DNA of 64,000 nucleotides from a bacterium (GTDB lineage Bacteria; Elusimicrobiota; JBDRMW01; JBDROU01): NCBI GenBank assembly GCA_043809745.1, contig JBDROU010000079.1, positions 1,163 to 65,162 of the forward strand, read 5' to 3'. Shown piece by piece: positions 57,722 to 64,000 of this stretch (position 1 is its first letter; each line of letters starts with the position of its first letter). The notes under the pieces were generated by a model. It saw only the letters and a program-made list of their open reading frames with translations, ran no database searches and was not told where the DNA came from. The position numbers and the translations under genes were made by a program.

Positions 57722-60382
57722 ATGAAGCAGATATTTTGTTTATTATGTTTATATGGGGTATTATTGCTCAATGTTTCTGGTATTAATGCCCTTGCGCCTT
57801 ACAGCTCTGAGCTTACAGTTCCGTTCGGTATACCTTCAAAATCACAGCTTGAGCAATTTATTGTTTTGGAACGGGATGACTCATCGGATACTTTCACTTA
57901 TTATGATATTAAAGACTATCCCGGATGGGTGGTTATTGCGCCGGAGGTGTCTGAAAGCTCTGCTGCTTCGTGCGAAGATATTCAAAAGTTTTCATTTTAC
58001 GAAGATTATTTTGCATATTCCGAAATCTATCGTAATGTCAGGCTGAGAGCGAACGAGGGTGTGAAAGTTTATGAGACTGTTATTGTAAGAGCAAAGCTTG
58101 TAAGTTTATTTGATTTAATTGAGACATTAATTGTTAAGGAAGACTACACGGCAGTTAGAGATATGCTCGAACAGCTTGTTGATCTTATAAGTTATGTTCA
58201 CTCGTACGGATGGGTTGACAGAATTTTTCAGGAAGATCGGATGCCTGACATTCGGGAGTTATTAGAAAATATCGGAATTCGCGCAAGCGGGAAATTTGTT
58301 TACGAGAGGTATGAGCATCTTCGCAGGAGTTCTGATCGCAGTGTTTCCGACCTTGCCTGGCTAAACTTAAATTTCGCATTTATGGATTTTGTTGATAAAA
58401 ACTCTAAAGATGTTGCTTTTCAGCAACGAATTACGCGCATATTCCGCCACCGTATACTGACTCAAATCCGGTTCTTGATTGATGATAAGCTGGACTTCAA
58501 GCTTGGAGATTATTTTGAATATATAGATGAAGCTGCTATTCGTGATGAACTAATATTTAATGCCCATAAAATGGTGAACCCGGAGATAATCACAAAAGTT
58601 TCTTTGCTGGCGCTAAATAAGCAGAGTCCATATCAGCTGCACACCCTGTCTTCGAACCGGTTGCTGCTGGATGTTATCCGCTATCTTGAATGGTTTGCAG
58701 AGGAAGCTTCAGGAATGCCGGAGCTTACTATGCGTTCTCTAAGCGCTCTTTTGCAGGAAGAATACCAATACTATGTAAAAAATGATTATCTGTATCATAA
58801 GAGTGAATTTGCAAGAGGTATGGCCGAGTTAATGAAGCGTATTAGCAAAGCAGAAGTTCATATACACCTGTCAGGTTCAATCACACCTGAGCTGGCTTTT
58901 AAGTTGTATTGGAAATATCCTGTTGCGAGGAGAGAGTTTTTAAGAAACAATAACCTTAATTCAGAAAATGATCTGAAAAGAATGAGCCAGATTGATATTG
59001 ATGTGGCATTTGCGAAGGTTTTTGGACTTGAGTTGGTGTCCAAAGATTACAAATTTTTTGGAGGAATCCGCAATATTTTAGAGAATGACCGTATTGAGGT
59101 GGATGATGCGGTTTATGAAACCGCCCTGTGCAGGCTTTTCAGAGCTGATAATCAGGCGTATGAACGCGCGCTTATATCGCTTAAAACTGATTACATTGAA
59201 TACCGGCCGCGCGAAGAGGATTCGAGCGCAAAGCGCATGGCTCAATATCTCTCGCAACTTTCAGTTGGCGAAATTCTTTTGCGCCAGTCTACGTATGCGA
59301 ATTATATAAGCGCAAAGATGAATGCGTTGGGGGCTTTTGAAAATGATAACGTTAGGAAATTTGAGCTAAGAACAGGCGCAGGCAATCGGCCGGGTTCTTC
59401 AATAGGTGTTGAAGATACCGTCCGCAGTGTAATTCTTGGATTGAATGAAGCAAGGGAGTTTACAGATCAAAAATTGAAAACCGGTGTTATTTTATGCATT
59501 AGAAAAGAACCGCATGCTCTTTTAGGTGAACTGAGGATTAATGAAATTAAATTGTATTCTCAAACTTTGAGTATGGGACAGATAGAACAGATGATCGGGG
59601 ATAATGAGATTAAAGTATTAAAGGAGATGACCCGTGATTTGGAATGGTATGATGATGCAGATAAACGTAAGGAGATGTTTTTGATTCTTTTTAAAACAAG
59701 AAATGAAGTATTAAAACAGATGCGGTCAATTATTGATTTGAAAAAATCGTTGCAAAAGGATGGTCTGGAGAACTATATGCTTGGCATAGATACCGTAGGA
59801 AATGAAGCAGGATTTGTAAGCTGGACTCACATCCCTGCTATGCGATTAGCTAAAGAATCCGGGCTTAGCATTACTGTACATTCAGGAGAAGTGTGGGGGG
59901 AGGATGAAACAATACTGGATGCGTTAGTGCGTTTGGAGCGGGAGATAGATACAGGATTGGTAGACCGAATCGGTCATGCGACTGCGCTTGGGATATCTCC
60001 TTTTAATTTGAACTTGCCGAAAAAGCATGTCCAGGAGGTTTTGCTTGTTCAATACAGAATCATGAAAAAAATTATTGAAAAAGGGATATATATAGAGTCG
60101 ATGCCTTCCTCTAATGTGATTCTGAACGCCGCAATAAGGAAGTATATCTCTCATGTAATTAATAATTTTATTTGTTTTGGGCTCAAAGTGCAAATTGCGC
60201 AGGACAACAGATGGATTCTGCATACATTGAATCTTTCAGGCGAGCTTACTAAAATATTCCTGGAAACGAAACCGCGTATTACATTTGGTCAGCTGTTAGA
60301 TCTTGTGCGAGCAAGTCATGAAGGGAGTTTTATTCAAAATACTAACTTTAAGAGACTCAGACTTGTCTTAAATTCAAAATAG
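57722..60382 (+). CDS. secreted adenosine/AMP-deaminase-fold metallohydrolase with ~400-aa N-terminal extension
   Basis: Signal peptide MKQIFCLLCLYGVLLLNVSGINALA. ADA-family motifs in the C-terminal ~500 aa: AEVHIHLSGSITPE (HxHxxGS), SITVHSGEVWGEDE (HAGE), VDRIGHATALG (RIGHG). The SLNTDDP position reads ESMPSSNV, so the Asp pair is not evident. Confidence 0.65.
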   Translation: MKQIFCLLCLYGVLLLNVSGINALAPYSSELTVPFGIPSKSQLEQFIVLERDDSSDTFTYYDIKDYPGWVVIAPEVSESSAASCEDIQKFSFYEDYFAYSEIYRNVRLRANEGVKVYETVIVRAKLVSLFDLIETLIVKEDYTAVRDMLEQLVDLISYVHSYGWVDRIFQEDRMPDIRELLENIGIRASGKFVYERYEHLRRSSDRSVSDLAWLNLNFAFMDFVDKNSKDVAFQQRITRIFRHRILTQIRFLIDDKLDFKLGDYFEYIDEAAIRDELIFNAHKMVNPEIITKVSLLALNKQSPYQLHTLSSNRLLLDVIRYLEWFAEEASGMPELTMRSLSALLQEEYQYYVKNDYLYHKSEFARGMAELMKRISKAEVHIHLSGSITPELAFKLYWKYPVARREFLRNNNLNSENDLKRMSQIDIDVAFAKVFGLELVSKDYKFFGGIRNILENDRIEVDDAVYETALCRLFRADNQAYERALISLKTDYIEYRPREEDSSAKRMAQYLSQLSVGEILLRQSTYANYISAKMNALGAFENDNVRKFELRTGAGNRPGSSIGVEDTVRSVILGLNEAREFTDQKLKTGVILCIRKEPHALLGELRINEIKLYSQTLSMGQIEQMIGDNEIKVLKEMTRDLEWYDDADKRKEMFLILFKTRNEVLKQMRSIIDLKKSLQKDGLENYMLGIDTVGNEAGFVSWTHIPAMRLAKESGLSITVHSGEVWGEDETILDALVRLEREIDTGLVDRIGHATALGISPFNLNLPKKHVQEVLLVQYRIMKKIIEKGIYIESMPSSNVILNAAIRKYISHVINNFICFGLKVQIAQDNRWILHTLNLSGELTKIFLETKPRITFGQLLDLVRASHEGSFIQNTNFKRLRLVLNSK

Positions 60383-60453
60383 TAATAGGGTCAGGCCTCA
60401 ACAGTTGACTAATATTATGTTGTCTTTATTACTTTACTTAAACATGTAGTCAA

Positions 60454-60466
60454 GTCGAGACTCGAC
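60454..60466. terminator. short palindrome GTCGAGaCTCGAC between convergent genes
   Basis: 6-bp GC-rich inverted repeat. No clear U-tract. Confidence 0.2.
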
Positions 60467-60471
60467 CCCAA

Positions 60472-61047
60472 TTAACACTCCAACAGATATTTAATACCTT
60501 TCTCAACCAGTTTTTTTATTTTGGTTTCCTGCTGATCGGTCAACTTGCTGGCTTTATCAGCTATAAATGCCTTAGACTGGACTCCGCAAAACCAGAGCAC
60601 ATCTTTTTTGAGCACTTTAACGCTCCTGTCAGCGGCAATAATTTTTGTAAATATCCTTGGCGCGCCGGTACTAGTAAACAGTACCGCTTTCTTTCCCTTT
60701 AAGAGGCCTTTAGGAATACTACCTTCATACAGAAACGCAAATTTTGGGATAAATACTCTATCGATAAAACCTTTTAGGATTGCGGGCATATTCTGCCACC
60801 ATGTAGGGTAAATAAAGATCAATTTGTCAGTATTTTTAATTTTTTCTTGCATCTCTTTTACATCGACATTTACATCATAATGGCCGGAAGTGTAATGTTC
60901 TTCATGTTTCAAAACCGGATTAAACGAATGCAAATAAAGATCGATCAGTTCATAGGATATATTTTTTTCTTTAAAATATACCTCTATATTTTTCAGGAAA
61001 CAGCCGCAATGGCCGTCTTTATTTGGGTGAGCATAAATTATTAACAT
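60472..61047 (-). CDS. flavodoxin-like fold NAD(P)H dehydrogenase (quinone) family protein
   Basis: MLIIYAHPNKDGHCGCFLKNIEVYFKEKNISYELIDLY...DKLIFIYPTWWQNMPAILKGFIDRVF is the classic Flavodoxin_2 / NQO / YwrO-KefF-like signature. SD: tataAGGAGGcggtatg. Confidence 0.8.
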   Translation of the reverse strand: MLIIYAHPNKDGHCGCFLKNIEVYFKEKNISYELIDLYLHSFNPVLKHEEHYTSGHYDVNVDVKEMQEKIKNTDKLIFIYPTWWQNMPAILKGFIDRVFIPKFAFLYEGSIPKGLLKGKKAVLFTSTGAPRIFTKIIAADRSVKVLKKDVLWFCGVQSKAFIADKASKLTDQQETKIKKLVEKGIKYLLEC

Positions 61048-61056
61048 ACCGCCTCC

Positions 61057-62013
61057 TTATAAAGCGCATTCTTTGATTAATGATTGTACAGTTATTGCTG
61101 ATTTAATAAAAGCTTTTTTCTCGGATTCCGAAAGATCGATATGGATTACCTCTCTAATTCCATTTTTGTGGACCACTGCGGGCAGGCCAATATAGATGTC
61201 GGTAAATCCCAAGTACCCGTTTACTAATGAAGAAACAGGAAGCACCGCATGTTCATCTTTTAATATAGCCCGGGTAATGGTTGCCATAGCTAGTCCGATG
61301 CCATACGATGTTTCACCCTTTAGCTCGATTATTTTATATGCAGAATCACGAACTTCTGTAAATATGTTGTTGAGTCTTGCATCATGTTCGCATATATTAT
61401 ATTTTTTACAAAACATGCAGTAATCGTTCAGGAGCACACCGCCAATCATTGCTTTGCTCCATACAGGAAATTCGGTGTCACCGTGTTCACCCAATATATA
61501 TGCGTGAATATTGTGAGGGTCTATATTACAGTGCTGAGCCATAAGAAACCTGAGCCTGGCAGAATCAAGCACTGTGCCTGAACCAATTACTTCATGTGAA
61601 GGTTTCCCGGAAAATTTGTAAGCAGCGTAGGAAAGGATATCTACAGGATTGGTAACAACAAGCAGTATCGCTTGTGGAGCATATTTTACAATATCAGGAA
61701 TTAATTTCCTAAAAATAGCGGCATTTTCTTTTACTAAAGAAGTCCTTGATTGACCGGGCAACTGCTTTGCGCCGGCAGTAATAACAACCAGATCTGAGCC
61801 GGTTATATCCTCTAAATCTCCTGCGATAATTTCAACTGGAGCGAAATAGGGAGCGCCATGTGATAAATCCATGACTTCGCCTTCAGCCCTTTTTTTATTA
61901 TTATCAACAATAATAATTTGACGGGTTATGCCGCGGATAGCTAGGGCATATGCATATTTGATGCCTACATTTCCAGCACCGATGATTGAAATGCGGGGTT
62001 TAAAATTTAACAA
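61057..62013 (-). CDS. ldh: L-lactate dehydrogenase
   Basis: ISIIGAGNVGIKYAYALAIRGI...IIVDNNKKRAEGEVMDLSHGAPYF...VITAGAKQLPGQSRTSLV...VVTNPVDILSYAAYKFSGKP...VIGSGTVLDSARLRF...ILGEHGDTEFPVWS. Start is most likely TTG at 62011-62013 (GGAGGTacatTTG) rather than the upstream TTG at 62073 used by the ORF track. Confidence 0.9.
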   Translation of the reverse strand: MLNFKPRISIIGAGNVGIKYAYALAIRGITRQIIIVDNNKKRAEGEVMDLSHGAPYFAPVEIIAGDLEDITGSDLVVITAGAKQLPGQSRTSLVKENAAIFRKLIPDIVKYAPQAILLVVTNPVDILSYAAYKFSGKPSHEVIGSGTVLDSARLRFLMAQHCNIDPHNIHAYILGEHGDTEFPVWSKAMIGGVLLNDYCMFCKKYNICEHDARLNNIFTEVRDSAYKIIELKGETSYGIGLAMATITRAILKDEHAVLPVSSLVNGYLGFTDIYIGLPAVVHKNGIREVIHIDLSESEKKAFIKSAITVQSLIKECAL

Positions 62014-62253
62014 ATGTACCTCCGTATTATTGGGAATCTGCTTAATTGTAATAAATCCACATGGATTAATCAATAAAGTTTGCTATCCTAGAGAATCCAT
62101 TAAGCCATCCGACCGTTTGGGATATTTTTTCACTCGATGCGCAAAAGGTATCAGGTTAAAAATAGAGCTTAATTGATTTTTTAGAGCTATAAAATTTGCT
62201 ATAATTATTCGGATAAAAATTTATAGAAAGTGCATGTAAGTAACTTTTAAAGA

Positions 62254-63135
62254 ATGAAAATAGGATATCCTTGTATAAATCGAAGTCTTTCTTGCACCTC
62301 AAGTAAAACGTTCAGATTAGCGTCTTATTCTAATGAGCGCTTGATTGAAACAATAAAGCATAATCTTTCATGTTTGATGGATATATTAAAATACAATGTG
62401 CTTCATAACCTTCTTTTTTTTAGGGTATCTTCCGAAATAGTGCCTTTTGCTTCACATCCGGTGTGTAATGTTAACTGGCAAAAATATTTCGCGGAAGAAT
62501 TTAAGAATATTGGGAGATTTATAAAAGGGAATAGTTTCCGTATTTCAATGCACCCGGATCAGTTTAATGTGTTAAATGCAAAGGATATGAGAATTGTTGA
62601 AAGAAGCATCAAAGAACTAGAATATCATGCAGATATGTTAGATCTTATGAACCTCGATCAAACCGCTAAAATTCAACTGCATGTAGGAGGGGTATACGGT
62701 GACAAACCAGCAAGTATTGAGCGATTCATTCAGCAGTGGCATAAACTTAAATCTTCAGTAAAAAAAAGATTAGTGATCGAGAATGATGACAAATTATATT
62801 CACTGAAAGATTGTCTTTTTATTCACAATATTATTGGAATACCTGTTTTATTCGATGCTTTTCATCATCAGATTCTTAATAATGGCGAATCAATGGAAAC
62901 AGCTTTGGAATCCGCATCTAAAACATGGAATAAAAATGATGGTATTTTAATGGTTGATTACAGCAGTAAAAAAACAGGTGGTATAAAAGGGCAACATACC
63001 GAACGAATTGATATAAGTGATTTCTCCGTTTTTCTTAAAAAAACTAAAAAATTCGATTATGATATTATGCTGGAAATAAAAGATAAAGAAAAAAGTGCTC
63101 TTAAAGCATATAAAAAAGTTTTAGCAGTACGATGA
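62254..63135 (+). CDS. uvsE: UV DNA damage endonuclease (UvdE/UvsE family)
   Basis: MKIGYPCINRSL...ERLIETIKHNL..L..ILKYN....L.FFRVSSEIVPFASHP... LHVGG...R.VIENDD fits the UvdE TIM-barrel family N-terminus and length (293 aa). Confidence 0.75.
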   Translation: MKIGYPCINRSLSCTSSKTFRLASYSNERLIETIKHNLSCLMDILKYNVLHNLLFFRVSSEIVPFASHPVCNVNWQKYFAEEFKNIGRFIKGNSFRISMHPDQFNVLNAKDMRIVERSIKELEYHADMLDLMNLDQTAKIQLHVGGVYGDKPASIERFIQQWHKLKSSVKKRLVIENDDKLYSLKDCLFIHNIIGIPVLFDAFHHQILNNGESMETALESASKTWNKNDGILMVDYSSKKTGGIKGQHTERIDISDFSVFLKKTKKFDYDIMLEIKDKEKSALKAYKKVLAVR

Positions 63136-63294
63136 GGAAAAGCGTATAATTTGTAAAGCATTTATGCAGTGCGGACAGTTCAAGATTTTCTAAAAATAAT
63201 TGGAGGGAGCCCGTTCGACAGGCTCAGGACTCCTAAAAATGATTATGATAAATAATTTTTGTAAATTTGAAAGTTTATGTTATTTTCTGAATTT

Positions 63295-63382
63295 CGGAGG
63301 GAGCAGGATTCGAACCTGCGTTCCGCCAGAAGCGGAAAACGGTTTTCAAGACCGCCGGTATCAACCGCTCACCCATCCCTCC
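63295..63382 (-). tRNA. tRNA-Ser (anticodon UGA), class II with long variable arm
   Basis: rc reads GGAGGGA-TG-GGT-GAGCGGTTGAT-ACC-G-GCGGT-CTTGAAA-ACCGT-TTCCGCTTCTGGCGGAAC-GCAGG-TTCGAAT-CCTGC-TCCCTCC-G. It is near-identical in architecture to E. coli tRNA-Ser(UGA). 7-bp acceptor stem perfect. CCA not encoded. Confidence 0.9.
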
Positions 63383-63513
63383 ATCTCGTTGCTGTGCTGA
63401 CTAAAAAAGTAAAATATATTTATAATTAATTAGAATTGATTTTATGTATTATATAATATAAAATAAATGCCGCACAACATAATTTCTTTTTGTATTATGC
63501 CAAGTTAAATAGT

Positions 63514-63588
63514 GGTGGGAGTAGCTCAGCTGGTCAGAGCATCAGGTTGTGGCCCTGGGGGTCGCGGGTTCAAATCCCGTCTCTCACC
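63514..63588 (+). tRNA. tRNA-His (anticodon GUG) with genomically encoded G-1
   Basis: G(-1)-GTGGGAG-TA-GCTC-AGCTGGTCA-GAGC-A-TCAGG-TTGTGGC-CCTGG-GGGTC-GCGGG-TTCAAAT-CCCGT-CTCTCAC-C73. G-1:C73 pair present. Followed by CA (full CCA not encoded). Confidence 0.85.
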
Positions 63589-63590
63589 CA

Positions 63591-63618
63591 GCTATTTTGC
63601 TCTTCGAAATAGATTTTT
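63591..63618. terminator. candidate hairpin CTATTTtgctcttcgAAATAG + ATTTTT after tRNA-His, between convergent tRNA-His and ORF 63617-63982
   Basis: 6-bp AT-rich stem and 9-nt loop followed by a T-run. Weak. Confidence 0.25.
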
Positions 63619-63982
63619 ACATGCTTATGAAGGGAAGCCTATGTAAAACTCTTGAGAGGAAAAGGGGTATTCGTTTTTGCATTGGCTCGATTGTAGGCAC
63701 TAAATTGATTCTGCGATCAGGCTCAACTGTTTTTATCGTTGCTGATAACTCCAACTGATCATTTTCATATTCCAGACACCTGAGAACCAAACTTTCTGTT
63801 TCGTCTGTGCCAACAATAGCATCTACAAATGTGAGGCATTTCCATAGATCATATGATAATCCCATTAGTGAAAATCGCTCAAGCTTCAATTTCTGTTCCC
63901 GTCTCTCAATGTCAACCTTAAGTTTTTCTGGGAACGTAAGGTCAAGCACATCATTACCAAAACATTTCTCCAACATAATCAT
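63617..63982 (-). CDS. hypothetical protein (possibly 5'-extended beyond the window)
   Basis: 121-aa ORF MIMLEKCFGNDVLDLTFPEKLKVDIERREQ.... The frame remains open upstream to the window end. No recognisable motifs. Confidence 0.3.
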   Translation of the reverse strand: MIMLEKCFGNDVLDLTFPEKLKVDIERREQKLKLERFSLMGLSYDLWKCLTFVDAIVGTDETESLVLRCLEYENDQLELSATIKTVEPDRRINLVPTIEPMQKRIPLFLSRVLHRLPFISM

Positions 63983-64000
63983 GCTCTCATTCTTACGAGA

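Noticed and set aside
62160-62253. Sigma70-like promoter for uvsE (TATAAT at 62200-62205)
   Set aside because: No acceptable -35 at 16-19-nt spacing (TTGATT sits 20 nt upstream), and the region is uniformly AT-rich, so a hexamer match is not informative.
63200-63400. 66-aa + strand ORF overlapping tRNA-Ser; also 63549-63758 overlapping tRNA-His
   Set aside because: They overlap well-folded tRNA genes. The tRNA interpretation fully explains the sequence.

Overview
Nearly the whole window is one uninterrupted + strand reading frame. It is open from nt 1 (frame 3, no stop before the window edge) to the TAA at 50853-50855. That is more than 16,950 codons of a single giant gene whose 5' end lies upstream of the window. 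Its first ~19 kb encode hundreds of ~100-aa YD/RHS-like repeat modules with recurring GYNxLGQ, YDxxxRL and LNHxYT motifs. This repeat region includes a ~2.6-kb intragenic segmental duplication, a fascin-like beta-trefoil insert, and an unrelated ~200-aa insert. After it come a cluster of hydrophobic TM-like segments, a ~550-aa P/E/K/S-rich disordered linker, and ~4,900 aa of unannotatable K/E/L/A-rich helical sequence that contains four ~180-aa tandem repeats. Further on are a second hydrophobic cluster, an AEKT microsatellite, a clearly recognisable SecA-like DEAD-motor ATPase module, and a duplicated ~330-aa C-terminal module. SecA motifs I, II, GMTGT and VI are all present in that ATPase module. 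Downstream, on the minus strand and convergent with the giant gene, lie several genes. These are two tandem divergent macro-domain paralogs, a small 2-TM protein, an overlapping AbiEi/AbiEii (type IV TA / abortive infection) pair with a perfect palindromic operator candidate, a YbgC-type thioesterase, and a secreted HExxH protein. Beyond these are a secreted adenosine-deaminase-fold protein with a 400-aa N-terminal extension (+), a flavodoxin-like NAD(P)H oxidoreductase (-), L-lactate dehydrogenase (-, TTG start with GGAGG RBS), UV-damage endonuclease UvdE (+), tRNA-Ser(UGA) (-) and tRNA-His(GUG, genomically encoded G-1) (+). No CRISPR array, integrase or transposase is visible. Many short antisense ORFs in the supplied ORF track are composition artifacts.
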